From Bacilli bacterium (GTDB lineage Bacteria > Bacillota_I > Bacilli_A > RFN20 > CAG-826), in the NCBI GenBank assembly GCA_045628045.1, contig JAZQOV010000011.1:4912-68911 (forward strand): a stretch of DNA of 64,000 nt, written 5' to 3'. The position numbers were made by a program, and so were the translations under genes. The notes beneath the pieces are model-generated. The model searched no databases, was not told the origin of the DNA, and saw only the letters and a program-made list of their open reading frames with translations. Below are positions 48,331 through 58,066 of this stretch, piece by piece (the stretch's first letter is position 1; each line of letters opens with the position of its first letter).

Positions 48331-49440
48331 ATGAAAAAGAATAAGGCTTTGGATTTCTTATCAACATCACTTAACGGGATGGCGTATGGTCTTTTTTCTA
48401 CACTTATTATTGGAACAATAATTGCTACAATTGGTTTAATTTTCTCAAATTGGAATAATTCCTTTTGTAACTTTATGGTTGATTTATTAGGAACTAATAA
48501 CGTAAACAAAGGAATATCATTTATACTAAAAAATTTAACTGGTGTTGGAATTGGTGTTGGAATTGCCTTATCTTTAAAGCTTGGTTCTCTTGAAACAATT
48601 ACATTAGGAATAGTTGGTGAAATTGCAGCACTTGCTGGCAAAAATTCTAATGGTTTTCCTGTTATTACTTCAACCTTTGCAGTTGGTGATCCATTGCTTA
48701 TTTTTGTAGCTTGCATTTTGGTTGTTCTACTTTTTAAAGTAGTTTTAAAGAAAAAGACTTCTTTAGATATATTTATAATTCCTCTTTTAGGCGTCGTTGG
48801 AGGCGTTTTAATTACCCTTGTGGCATATTATCCAACTTGGGCAATTACATATGGAATTAGATGGTTAATTTCTGAAGGCACAACACTTATGCCATTCCTC
48901 ATGGGAATTGTAGTCGCTGTATTAATGGGAGTTGCACTTACTGCACCTATTTCTAGTGCGGCAATTGCTGCTATTATCTTTGGCTCAGGAGTTACAATGA
49001 GCGAAGGACTAGCTTTAGCTAGTGGAGCAGCGGTTGTGGGTTGCTCAACTCAAATGATTGGTTTTGCAATTCAATCAATTAGAGATAACAAATTTGGGCA
49101 AGTAGTTTCTGTAGGAATCGGAACTTCTATGCTTCAATTTAAAAATATCATTAAAAAGCCAGTTATTTGGCTTCCAACAATTATTGCGTCTGCTATTTTA
49201 GGTCCAATTTCGACTTGTGTATTAAAGCTTCAATGTTTTGGAGTAGCATCTGGAATGGGTACAGCAGGACTTGTTGGTCAAATTGGAACTTATTCATCAA
49301 TGGGAAATACATGGCAAACCTGGGTTGGAATATTCGGAATGCAGATTATTTTCCCAATGATTCTTGTATTTTTTATTGATCTTATTTTTAGGAAATTTGG
49401 CCTCATTAAGAAGGGTGACTTATCACTAAAAAATGAATAA
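48331..49440 (+). CDS. Polytopic membrane protein (possible transporter), Gly-rich TM helices
   Basis: ATG 48331 (MKKNKALDF...). The track's start at 48304 overlaps the upstream gene. About 10 TM helices (GVGIGVGIALSLKLG, IIPLLGVVGGVLITLVAYY...). Confidence 0.5.
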   Translation: MKKNKALDFLSTSLNGMAYGLFSTLIIGTIIATIGLIFSNWNNSFCNFMVDLLGTNNVNKGISFILKNLTGVGIGVGIALSLKLGSLETITLGIVGEIAALAGKNSNGFPVITSTFAVGDPLLIFVACILVVLLFKVVLKKKTSLDIFIIPLLGVVGGVLITLVAYYPTWAITYGIRWLISEGTTLMPFLMGIVVAVLMGVALTAPISSAAIAAIIFGSGVTMSEGLALASGAAVVGCSTQMIGFAIQSIRDNKFGQVVSVGIGTSMLQFKNIIKKPVIWLPTIIASAILGPISTCVLKLQCFGVASGMGTAGLVGQIGTYSSMGNTWQTWVGIFGMQIIFPMILVFFIDLIFRKFGLIKKGDLSLKNE

Positions 49441-49496
49441 TGAATATTGTTTTTAACAAGTTCTTGCAAAGCAAGAAAAGTTGTTTTTGAAATATT

Positions 49497-49868
49497 CTAG
49501 ATCTTCTTAAAATGTTTCTTAGTCTTCTGTGCGTCTAATAATTCTTTTTCCAATTCTTCTTTCTTTGGGAGATGAGTTATATATTTAGTCACAAAGATTT
49601 GGTTCGTAATATTTCCTAGTGCATATTCTACCTGTATGTGATCATAGTCAGTACACATGACAATACCAACAGGGTCATTGTCGCTCGATTTATTAACGTT
49701 TTCCTTAAAATAATTTAGGTAAGTGTTAATTTGGCCCATTACATCTTTTTTAAATGGAGTGGCTTTTAGCTCAATGAGCACATAACATTTAAGATTTTCA
49801 TTATAGAACACTAAATCGACAAAATATTTCTTGTTATCAATTAAAAATTGATACTGATTATCATTGAA
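49497..49868 (-). pseudogene. C-terminal fragment of a YhcG/DUF1016-family PD-(D/E)xK nuclease gene split by the IS element
   Basis: The frame is open from 49868. FNDNQYQFLIDNKKYFVDLVFYNENLKCYVLIELK... aligns with the YhcG core (…FIDLLFYHRRLRCLVLIDLK…). Confidence 0.65.
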
Positions 49869-50010
49869 CTACCCCCACTTAAACATTCTATGTTTAGAAG
49901 ATGGGGGATTCCTACTCAAGAATCCTCGAGGATTCAGTGTCGATAGGCTAACCCCGTAGTTCCTACGGTTTGGTGGACTACCACTATTGTTTTTGAAGTA
50001 CTAATCTAAT
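49869..50010 (-). ncRNA. Predicted omegaRNA (reRNA) scaffold of the TnpB element (3' end of tnpB plus right end)
   Basis: Dense hairpins on the minus strand: CCCCCAUCU...AGUGGGGG, GAAUCCUCGAGGAUUC palindrome, CCGUAGGAACUACGG. Position is as expected for IS605-family omegaRNA. Confidence 0.4.
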
Positions 50011-51132
50011 TCCTTCTTTTTTGATATTAATTGCTGCATTTATATCTCTATCATGCTTTCTACCACAGATAGGACAAATCCAATCTCTATCATTTAATTC
50101 AAGACTTTTGTTGATGTAACCACAATCACTGCAAGTTTTACTAGACGGAAAGTACCTATCTACTTTTATTAATTCCTTACCTAACCATCTTAATTTGTAA
50201 TCTAGAAAATTGACAAAAGTTCCATATGCTCGATCAGATAGATTTCTGCCCAACTTCATTTTTGTATCTTTTGATTGCATTGATTTCAAATCTAAATTTT
50301 CTACAAAAACATAATCGTATTTATTTGCAATTTTTCTGGATTCTTTATGCAAAAAATCTTTCCTAGAATTTGAAATATGAAGTTGAAGTTTTCTGACTTT
50401 TTGCCAGGATTTAATGGAGTTTTTGCTACCTTTTTGGCATTTTGATGCTCTTCTGGTTAATTTTGCAAGTTTCTCCATTTCGTTTTGAAGATACTTTGGC
50501 ATATCTGCGTGATTGCCATCGCTATCGACATAAAGATGTGACAAAGAAAAATCTAATCCTATTGAGTTGTTGATATCAAGTTTTTCAAGCTTGTCGAATA
50601 ACTCGACGTTTGGATTATCTTCTTCACCAGTCAATGTCACAAAATACATGTTTGCAACTCTAGAGATGGTGACTGTGGTAAAAGAGAATGATTCAGGCAT
50701 CAAACGAGATACTACAACTTTAACTCTGCCTAATTTAGGAATTTGGATTTCGTTACCATCAAGGCGGAGGTTATTGTTGATTTTCATAGTTGTGTAGCTA
50801 TGATCATTTCTTTTGGATTTAAATTTTGGAAAAGAACCTCTATGTTCAAAGAAATTAATATACGCAGCATGTAAATGAATAATGGCTTGTTGCAAAGCAA
50901 CACTATCAACTTCTTTTAAGTATTCATACCCTTCTTTGTAATCAGGAAGTATTTTGACTAAATCAAATTTTCTCAATTTAAAAGAAGGATCTTCCGCGTG
51001 CTTTTCGACACACATTTCAAGAAAATCATTATAGACTTGGCGAACGCATCCTAAAGTTTTCTCAATTTGTTGTTTTTGAGAAGAATTAGGATAGATTCGA
51101 AATTTATAAGCTTTCTTTATTTTCTTTTCCAT
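49984..51132 (-). CDS. tnpB: TnpB (IS605 OrfB family RNA-guided nuclease)
   Basis: N-terminus KAYKFRIYPNSSQKQQIEKTLGCVRQVYNDFL. RuvC-I IGLDFSLSHLYVDSDGN. RuvC-II YVFVENLDLKSM. Zn-finger CSDCGYINKSLELNDRDWICPICGRKHDRDINAAINI. Confidence 0.9.
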   Translation of the reverse strand: MEKKIKKAYKFRIYPNSSQKQQIEKTLGCVRQVYNDFLEMCVEKHAEDPSFKLRKFDLVKILPDYKEGYEYLKEVDSVALQQAIIHLHAAYINFFEHRGSFPKFKSKRNDHSYTTMKINNNLRLDGNEIQIPKLGRVKVVVSRLMPESFSFTTVTISRVANMYFVTLTGEEDNPNVELFDKLEKLDINNSIGLDFSLSHLYVDSDGNHADMPKYLQNEMEKLAKLTRRASKCQKGSKNSIKSWQKVRKLQLHISNSRKDFLHKESRKIANKYDYVFVENLDLKSMQSKDTKMKLGRNLSDRAYGTFVNFLDYKLRWLGKELIKVDRYFPSSKTCSDCGYINKSLELNDRDWICPICGRKHDRDINAAINIKKEGIRLVLQKQ

Positions 51133-51239
51133 ACTTATATTATACTATCATTTCTTAAGAAATGATAGTGTTATTTCATTTTTTGCTTGCAATTCATCCC
51201 GCCGCTTTACGAGCTTCAAGCGTGGGTCTTCTTGCTAAA

Positions 51240-51887
51240 TTAGATAAATCTAAAACCTGAGCCTAGTTCTAAAAGGAATTCTTTCATGTGCGTTATAATA
51301 CCTTTTTCAATTTCTTTTTCCCTAAGGTTAAAACCTTTTTTGAAGAAATTAATTACAATCGGATCTACCATTACATCTTTTGGTTCAACAATCTGATTCC
51401 CAAGAGTGGATAATTGATTCTTTTTTGCCTCTATATTTTCTTTTGAGCCCAGTAAGATTCTTTGATAGTATCCCGATTGTATTTGTCTTTTTAAATCCCT
51501 GACAGACCATCTTTGTTTTGCACACTCTATTTCATAGAATTTTCTTTCTTCATCATTTTTTACATTTAGAAGACAAAAGTAATGCCCCCATGATAAAGTG
51601 GGAAACAGTGTTTCCCAATTTTTATATATAATATAAAAATTTAACATTGCTTTAATGTTTCTTCTTGAATACCCAGAGCCGAATTCTTTGGTTAGCTCAT
51701 TAGAAATTGAACTAATCGTGCGCTTTTTATAATCGCTTTTTCCTTTATTGGAGTCGATGTCTTTTTGAATTTGTTCCCCTATATACATATAAAGCTTAAG
51801 TAATTCAGTATTAACGTTATATATGATTTTTGCCTTCGTTGTTTCTATTGCATTTTTTAAATTTATTACTAGTTTATTTTCTTTCAT
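51240..51887 (-). pseudogene. N-terminal fragment of the YhcG/DUF1016-family nuclease gene (ends ...LGSGFRFI* at the IS junction)
   Basis: DUF1016 N-domain pattern ...TLSWGHYFCLLNVKNDEERKFYEIECAKQRWSVRDLKRQI... RBS GGAGGAGG. Confidence 0.65.
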
Positions 51888-51904
51888 AACCTTTCCTCCT
51901 CCGG

Positions 51905-51979
51905 CTTAAGAACATTTTAACATCTCTGAGGCTAACTGATTCCCGTTTTTCATAACACTCTAAAGAACAAAGTTCTTTC
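51905..51979 (-). promoter_or_regulatory. Conserved leader, copy 2. It has the palindrome AAAGAAC-aaa-GTTCTTT (51963-51979) and a 15-codon uORF (MKNGNQLASEMLKCS). It is homologous to 17331-17403.
   Basis: Seen directly. Lies upstream of the yhcG-like N-fragment. Confidence 0.5.
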
Positions 51980-52121
51980 TTTTGAAAATTGACTGTTTTA
52001 TGATTATTTTTAGTTTTATTAGATAGGTGAGATTTAATCAATAATGAATATACTTTTATAGAAAAAGTATTTTAAATTCATTATTATATTAGTATAAGTT
52101 TTTAAAAAGAGGCCTTTTATT

Positions 52122-53297
52122 ATGTATGACATTAATATAAAAGTTTGCGAAAATACTAAAGTTTTTATTTTTAATGGTCCTATCGACTCTAACGTTACAG
52201 ACGAAATTAAAAATTTCGTTGAATCGAATTCTTCTGGCTCTGATAGCGTTATTTTTGATATGGAAAAAGTTCCATACATGTCTAGTGCAGGCCTTAGAGT
52301 AGTGCTTAAGACTGCTAAATCAGTAAAAGAATTTGAAGTTATCAATGCTTCTGTAGAGTTATATAACATTTTCGACATGGTTGGGTTTACCCAAATGATC
52401 AAAATTAAGAAAGCCATGAGAGAAATTTCTATCGAAGGAAAAGAACTTATTGGAGAAGGTTATATGGGTAAAGTCTATAGACTTGATCCAGATACAATCA
52501 TCAAAGTATTTAAAAGAACCTCTGATACTTCTGATATCGAAAGAGAAATTTCTTTGGCAAAGAAAGCATTCATTCTTGGAGTTCCTACCGCAATACCTTT
52601 TGACATAGTCAAAGTTAAAGAAGGTGGCTACGGTTCTGTATTTGAACTTCTTAAATCATCTTCATTTAATAAATTATTTATTAATCATCCTGAGAAGGAA
52701 GATGAATACATTAAGATGTACGTGAACATCATTAAGACAATTACTTCTATTGAGGCTAAAAACCCTAGTGAGTTCCCTCGTAAGATAAATGATGCGTTAA
52801 CTTGGGTAAATGGTCTTAAGGAAGCAAAAGCCTATGATGAAGCTACACTTGCTAAACTTGAAAAATTAGTTAACACAATTCCTGAGAGTTCGCACTTAAT
52901 TCATGGTGATTGCCACATCAAAAATATTATGATGCAAGGTGATGAACCATTCCTTATTGATATGGACACTTTGGGTGTTGGGCACACCATATTTGAGTTA
53001 ACTGCAATATTCTTAACTTATATCGGATATCCTGATAAATTCCCAGGAAATGTCCAGGAATTCCTAGGTATTTCCGATGAAACCGCTAAGAAATTATTCT
53101 ATTCAACAATTGATTCTTTATACGCAGATAAATCAAAAGAAGAAAGAAACACAATTGTTGAGAAATGTGCTTTGTTTGGTTATATGTGGTTAACATACAA
53201 GACATTATTATTTGAACCAGAAAATAAAGTAAGACTTGATAACGCAAAAGAGAAAGTTATGAGTCTTATTGATAAATACGACACACTTAATTTTTAA
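52122..53297 (+). CDS. STAS domain fused to a protein-kinase-like / aminoglycoside-phosphotransferase-like domain
   Basis: N-terminal STAS (MSSAGLRVVLKTAKSV...IFDMVGF). Gly-rich loop GEGYMGKVYR. Lys IIKVFK. Catalytic HGDCHIKNIMM. IDMDTLG. Confidence 0.65.
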   Translation: MYDINIKVCENTKVFIFNGPIDSNVTDEIKNFVESNSSGSDSVIFDMEKVPYMSSAGLRVVLKTAKSVKEFEVINASVELYNIFDMVGFTQMIKIKKAMREISIEGKELIGEGYMGKVYRLDPDTIIKVFKRTSDTSDIEREISLAKKAFILGVPTAIPFDIVKVKEGGYGSVFELLKSSSFNKLFINHPEKEDEYIKMYVNIIKTITSIEAKNPSEFPRKINDALTWVNGLKEAKAYDEATLAKLEKLVNTIPESSHLIHGDCHIKNIMMQGDEPFLIDMDTLGVGHTIFELTAIFLTYIGYPDKFPGNVQEFLGISDETAKKLFYSTIDSLYADKSKEERNTIVEKCALFGYMWLTYKTLLFEPENKVRLDNAKEKVMSLIDKYDTLNF

Positions 53298-53315
53298 TGA
53301 AAGAAGGACACGAAA

Positions 53316-53612
53316 ATGGAAATAAACAAACTTGTAGAGAAAGACACTCTCACACTTGCTATTGAAGGAAGACTTGATACTTTAACATCTCCAACCCTTC
53401 AAGAAACAATTAATTCATCACTTGAAGGCATTGTTCATTTAGTAATTGATCTAAAGAAAGTTGTCTATATTTCGAGTGCCGGATTAAGAGTAATTTTAAG
53501 TGCACAAAAATTAATGAATACGAAAGGTGATATGGTTGTAAAAAATTGTTCAGCTGAAGTCCTTGAAGTTTTTGAAATGACAGGATTTACTGAGATTTTA
53601 ACGATAAAATAA
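53316..53612 (+). CDS. STAS-domain anti-sigma-factor antagonist (SpoIIAA/RsbV-like)
   Basis: 98 aa. ISSAGLRVILSAQKLM...VFEMTGF. RBS GAAGGA. Confidence 0.8.
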   Translation: MEINKLVEKDTLTLAIEGRLDTLTSPTLQETINSSLEGIVHLVIDLKKVVYISSAGLRVILSAQKLMNTKGDMVVKNCSAEVLEVFEMTGFTEILTIK

Positions 53613-53613
53613 T

Positions 53614-56484
53614 ATGGAATTCCTGGATATTTTTAAATTTATAATAGCTGCAATCATTCCAATTCTTTTAAGCGTTGGCTGTATTTATCTTGAGAAAACA
53701 AGAAGATTTTCTAAGTTAAACAAATACGTTAAAGCTTTAATATTTGGAGTTATTTTTGGCATCAGTTCAATTAGTGGAACTTTACTTGGTTTAAAACTAC
53801 CAAATGGCGCAATCATCAACGTGCGTGATGCCTCTCCTATTATATGTGGTCTTCTTTTTGGTGGACCATCAGGAATTTTGGCTGGCTTAATTGGCGGCGG
53901 CTTTAGAGCACTTACTCCTCTTTGGGAACCATCGACAGCTTACACAGTTGTTGCATGTTCTATTTCAACCGCAATGGCTGGTGTATTTACTGTGTTTGTT
54001 AGACATTTCATCTTTGATGATAAAAAAGGTACTTGGTACTATGGATTCTTCCTTGGCGTATTAGTTGAAGACTTCCATATGATGATGTCTGTGCTTACAC
54101 ACACAGAAGATATTGTTAAGGTTTATAACTCAGTTATAAAAGTATGTACAGTTCCAATGGTATTAGCAAATTCATTAGCGGTAATGATTGCAATTATTAT
54201 TGTTAATTTAATAAATCACGAGAAAATATTTGAAAAAGAAGTCAGAACTCATATTTCTACAAAGGTTCAGGTTTCTTTGATTCTTTCTCTTGTTGTTTCT
54301 TATGTTGCAACTGCGTTATTTACGAATATGTCTGTTAATAAAGTTGTTCAAACAAATATTAAAGGTCAATGTGAAAACGCTATAAGCGATGTTATTAATA
54401 ATGTTGATGACACAATCAACAATGTTATGAGTGACAAACTTGATGAAGTCGCAATAAAACTTCTTGATGAAGTAAAACCATTAGAAAAAGATAGGCTTTT
54501 ACGTAAAGAAGCATTAGTAAGTATTCTTAATGATTTCTCTGGTGAGATTTCTGAAATCAATATTGTTGGCACTGATGGTTTTGTTCATTATTCCACAGAT
54601 CAATACGATTTTATGGAAGACGGAAGTGGACCATTTAACATGGAAATTGGTGACCAATCAAGAGAATTTAATGTCTTACTTAAAGAAGGCGAAACAAACT
54701 ATTTTATCCAGGAATTCCGCGAGATTTCTGCGTATGATGGCGGAAAATCAATGAAATATGCTGGCTATAGATTTGATGCTGAAGACATTGAATCAGACTT
54801 CTGTTATTTCCAAATTGGTTTAGATGCTGCAAGGTATCACGAACTACTTCAAGACTATGTTGATGAATGTGCTAAATTTAGACACATTGGTGAAGAAGGA
54901 TTCGTTGTAGTTAGCGATGAAAATGGTGCAATTGTTTCAACAATCGTTGATTGTCCATTTACTGAAACAATTGATGTAAATAAGTTCCTAAACGATGGTT
55001 ACGATAAATATTACACTTACTCTAAATTTGTTGAAGGTTACTACATTGTTGCTTTTGCAGGCGCTGAAGAAAGTGATTTAGCATCCGTAATTTCATTCAC
55101 TGCAATTTCTCTTGCTGAAGTTTTTGTTTATTTGCTTTTATATTGCGTTTTATATATAGCAGTTAAACGTAGAATCGTTGATAAAATTAAAACTATAGGC
55201 TTAAGCCTAAATGAAATTTCTTCAGGAAACTTAGATGTTGTTGTTAATCAAAGAGACAGTTATGAATTTGATTCATTAAGTAACGACATTAATAAAACTG
55301 TTGGAACTCTTAAAGAGTTCATTGCGAAAGAAGCTAATAAGAATGCTGAAGAGTTAGCATTTGCTAAAAACATTCAATATTCTGTTCTTCCAACCGCTTT
55401 CCCAATGAATGATAGATTTGAAATTTATGCTTCTATGTCAACCGCCAAGACTGTTGGTGGTGACTTCTATGATTTCTATTTTATAGATAGAGAGCATGTA
55501 TTAATTGAAATCGCTGATGTTAGTGGAAAAGGTATTCCTGCCGCTATGTTCATGATGAGAGCAAAATCTGTTCTTAAATCACTTATAGAATCAGGTATTG
55601 GAATTGAAAATGCCTTTATTGAAGCAAATAGAAAACTTTGTCAAGGTAATGATACTCAAACATTTATTACGGTTTGGGGTGGAATTATCGATTTAACTAC
55701 AGGACATGTTGACTTTGTCAACGCTGGTCATAATCCTCCAATTATTTGTAGAGATGGCAAATTTGAGTACTTACATAGTAAACCAGGCTTTGTTTTAGCA
55801 GGTTTAGAAGGATTTAAATACGTTAAGCAAAGCTTTGACATTAAGCCAGGTGATATGATTTATCTTTATACTGATGGTGTTACTGAAGCTAATAACGAAA
55901 AACATGAACTTTATGGAGAAGAAAGACTTCTTAAAGCAATTGGAGATAAAACATATACTTCTAAATCTATTTGTGAAACTGTCTCAAAGAGTTTGAAGAA
56001 GTTTGTGAATGATGCAGAACAATCTGATGATATTACAATGCTCGCATTTAAATTCTATGATGTTGAGCTCGCTAATATTAAAGTTGTGGATGCAGACTTA
56101 AAGAATTTACCAGAAATCATAGATTATATCGATGATTTGCTTGATAAAAATAACGCCACATTATCTGCAAAATCACAAATCGATGTAGCAGTGGATGAGA
56201 TATTCTCAAATATCGCATTCTACGCTTATCCAGAAGGCCAAGTTGGTAAGGTCAAAGTTTCAGTCATTATGTCTAAAGACAATGAAGAAATGACCATTAT
56301 CTTTGAAGATAAAGGAAAAACATATAACCCACTTGAGAAAGAAGATCCAGATACTTCACTATCTCTAGAAGAGAAGTCTATTGGTGGACTAGGTATATTT
56401 ATTGTTAAAAAGACAATGGATTCATTAGAATACGATAACGTTAATGGTCATAACGTATTAACCCTCAGAAAGAAGATTCATTAG
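53614..56484 (+). CDS. Membrane sensor: multi-TM + extracytoplasmic domain + HAMP + SpoIIE/PP2C phosphatase + C-terminal RsbW-like HATPase_c (anti-sigma kinase) domain
   Basis: N-terminal 5-6 TM helices. HAMP-like VDKIKTIGLSLNEISSGNLDVVV. PP2C GGDFYDFYFID...IADVSGKGIPAAMFMM...DGVTEA...DDIT. HATPase VDEIFSNIAFYAY...SIGGLGIFIVKKTMDSLEY. Confidence 0.75.
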   Translation: MEFLDIFKFIIAAIIPILLSVGCIYLEKTRRFSKLNKYVKALIFGVIFGISSISGTLLGLKLPNGAIINVRDASPIICGLLFGGPSGILAGLIGGGFRALTPLWEPSTAYTVVACSISTAMAGVFTVFVRHFIFDDKKGTWYYGFFLGVLVEDFHMMMSVLTHTEDIVKVYNSVIKVCTVPMVLANSLAVMIAIIIVNLINHEKIFEKEVRTHISTKVQVSLILSLVVSYVATALFTNMSVNKVVQTNIKGQCENAISDVINNVDDTINNVMSDKLDEVAIKLLDEVKPLEKDRLLRKEALVSILNDFSGEISEINIVGTDGFVHYSTDQYDFMEDGSGPFNMEIGDQSREFNVLLKEGETNYFIQEFREISAYDGGKSMKYAGYRFDAEDIESDFCYFQIGLDAARYHELLQDYVDECAKFRHIGEEGFVVVSDENGAIVSTIVDCPFTETIDVNKFLNDGYDKYYTYSKFVEGYYIVAFAGAEESDLASVISFTAISLAEVFVYLLLYCVLYIAVKRRIVDKIKTIGLSLNEISSGNLDVVVNQRDSYEFDSLSNDINKTVGTLKEFIAKEANKNAEELAFAKNIQYSVLPTAFPMNDRFEIYASMSTAKTVGGDFYDFYFIDREHVLIEIADVSGKGIPAAMFMMRAKSVLKSLIESGIGIENAFIEANRKLCQGNDTQTFITVWGGIIDLTTGHVDFVNAGHNPPIICRDGKFEYLHSKPGFVLAGLEGFKYVKQSFDIKPGDMIYLYTDGVTEANNEKHELYGEERLLKAIGDKTYTSKSICETVSKSLKKFVNDAEQSDDITMLAFKFYDVELANIKVVDADLKNLPEIIDYIDDLLDKNNATLSAKSQIDVAVDEIFSNIAFYAYPEGQVGKVKVSVIMSKDNEEMTIIFEDKGKTYNPLEKEDPDTSLSLEEKSIGGLGIFIVKKTMDSLEYDNVNGHNVLTLRKKIH

Positions 56485-56493
56485 GTAGAAATT

Positions 56494-57324
56494 ATGTCAA
56501 TTGCAGATAAGATTTTTGTAGAAAATATGAAAGACATTCTTAAGAATGGTTTTTCAGATGAAAAGTTAGAAGTTAGACCTCATTGGGAAGATGGAACTCC
56601 TGCTCACACGATTAAAAAGTTCTGTATTGTGAATAGATACAATCTTCAAGAGGAGCTTCCAATTCTCACAATAAGAAAAACCGCTTTTAAGTCATGTCTT
56701 GATGAACTTCTTTGGATTTGGCAAAAGAAATCAAACAATATTCATGATTTAAAATCACATATTTGGGATTCTTGGGCTGATGAAAATGGTTCGATAGGCA
56801 AAGCCTATGGTTATCAACTTGGAGTCAAACATCATTATCCTGAAGGAGACATGGATCAAGTTGATAGAGTTCTTTATGATTTAAAACATAATCCTCAATC
56901 AAGAAGAATCTTAACAAATATCTATAATTTCCAAGATCTTCATGAAATGAATCTTTATCCATGCGCTTACTCAATGACATTTAATGTCACTGGTGACACA
57001 TTAAATGGAATTTTAAATCAACGTTCTAACGATATGTTAACAGCGAATAACTGGAATGTTTTGCAATATTCATTATTGTTAATAATGTTCGCGCAAGTTT
57101 CAGGTTTAAAACCAGGAACTCTAGTTCATGTAATCGCTGATGCTCATATTTATGACCGCCATGTTGAGCTTGTTAAAAAGGTAATTGAAAAACCTCAACA
57201 TAAAGCTCCTAAATTATGGGTTAATCCAGAGATCAAAAACTTCTATGATTTTAAAGTTGAAGACTTCAAACTTATTGATTATGAATATGAAACTTTAGAA
57301 GAAAAAATACCGGTGGCAATTTAG
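56494..57324 (+). CDS. thyA: Thymidylate synthase (ThyA type)
   Basis: 276 aa. ...LPILTIRKTAFKSCLDELLWIW... Active-site Cys context LYPCAYSMTFNV. ...QRSNDMLTANNWNV... Confidence 0.85.
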   Translation: MSIADKIFVENMKDILKNGFSDEKLEVRPHWEDGTPAHTIKKFCIVNRYNLQEELPILTIRKTAFKSCLDELLWIWQKKSNNIHDLKSHIWDSWADENGSIGKAYGYQLGVKHHYPEGDMDQVDRVLYDLKHNPQSRRILTNIYNFQDLHEMNLYPCAYSMTFNVTGDTLNGILNQRSNDMLTANNWNVLQYSLLLIMFAQVSGLKPGTLVHVIADAHIYDRHVELVKKVIEKPQHKAPKLWVNPEIKNFYDFKVEDFKLIDYEYETLEEKIPVAI

Positions 57325-57325
57325 T

Positions 57326-57820
57326 ATGATTATTTCAATTTTAAGTGTTGACAAAAACTATGGAATTGGGAAAAATAATTCCCTTCTTTTCCATCTAAAA
57401 AAAGACATGGAATTCTTCAGAAAGACAACTGAAGGTCATATGGTTTTTATGGGTGAAAATACTTTACTTTCTTTCCCTGGAAGTAAGCCACTTAAAAATA
57501 GAATCAATGTAGTTCTTAGCAAAGACAAAACTCACAATTACGAAGGTTGTAAGAATGTTCACAATTTCCGAAAATTCACGAGAATTCTCAGGAAAAATGG
57601 CAGAAAACACGATGTTTTTGTAATTGGTGGAGCGTCTATTTATATGCAAACACTTCCTATAGTGGATATGGTATTATTAACCAAAGTTGATGCTGATGGA
57701 CACGCTGATGTCTTCTTTGATAATTTAGATAAAAATCCATCTTTTGAATGTGTTGATCAAGGCACACCAATTATGGATGGAGATTACAAAATTAGATTCA
57801 CAACTTATATTCGAAAATAA
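57326..57820 (+). CDS. folA: Dihydrofolate reductase
   Basis: 164 aa. MIISILSVDKNYGIGKNNSLLFHLKKDMEFFRKTT...MGENT...FVIGGASIY. 1-nt gap after thyA. Confidence 0.8.
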   Translation: MIISILSVDKNYGIGKNNSLLFHLKKDMEFFRKTTEGHMVFMGENTLLSFPGSKPLKNRINVVLSKDKTHNYEGCKNVHNFRKFTRILRKNGRKHDVFVIGGASIYMQTLPIVDMVLLTKVDADGHADVFFDNLDKNPSFECVDQGTPIMDGDYKIRFTTYIRK

Positions 57821-57895
57821 TCTTTAGTATTGTATTGCAATTTAACGAGAATTATTTGTAATATTGTTATCAGGCGAGATGGGTCTGACAAAAGG

Positions 57896-57925
57896 AAAGA
57901 GATTGGCTGCTACCAATCTCTTTTT
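57896..57925 (+). terminator. Rho-independent terminator (in repeat unit 1)
   Basis: AAAGAGATTGG-cugcua-CCAATCTCTTT followed by TT. Confidence 0.8.
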
Positions 57926-57977
57926 CATACTTTGGAATACAGACTGTAGAATTAATCATGAATTTTGCAAAAATGCA

Positions 57978-58005
57978 TTGAAATAATTATGAATTTAGAT
58001 ATAAT
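57978..58005 (+). promoter_or_regulatory. Consensus promoter TTGAAA-16 nt-TATAAT inside repeat unit 2
   Basis: TTGAAA 57978-57983 and TATAAT 58000-58005. Confidence 0.5.
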
Positions 58006-58011
58006 AATAGT

Positions 58012-58066
58012 ATCAGGCGTGGGATCTGACAAAAGGAAAGAGATTGGTTGCATCCAATCTCTTTTT
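58012..58066 (+). ncRNA. Candidate about 55-nt small RNA (repeat unit 2), running from the promoter to the terminator AAAGAGATTGG-uugcau-CCAATCTCTTTTT
   Basis: A consensus promoter is immediately upstream and a perfect terminator hairpin sits at 58037-58066. A homologous unit lies at 57867-57925. Confidence 0.3.

Larger units (their letters stand above)
49869..51246 (-). mobile_element. IS200/IS605-family TnpB-only element (about 1.38 kb) inserted in the yhcG-like gene
   Basis: Boundaries are inferred from where the two yhcG reading-frame fragments rejoin (…GSGFRF | NDNQYQF…). Structured left end 51133-51246 and right end 49869-49983. There is no tnpA in the window. Confidence 0.65.

Noticed and set aside
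48331-49440. Assigning a specific transporter family (PTS EIIC, permease)
   Set aside because: Only hydrophobicity and Gly-rich helices are visible, with no diagnostic motif.
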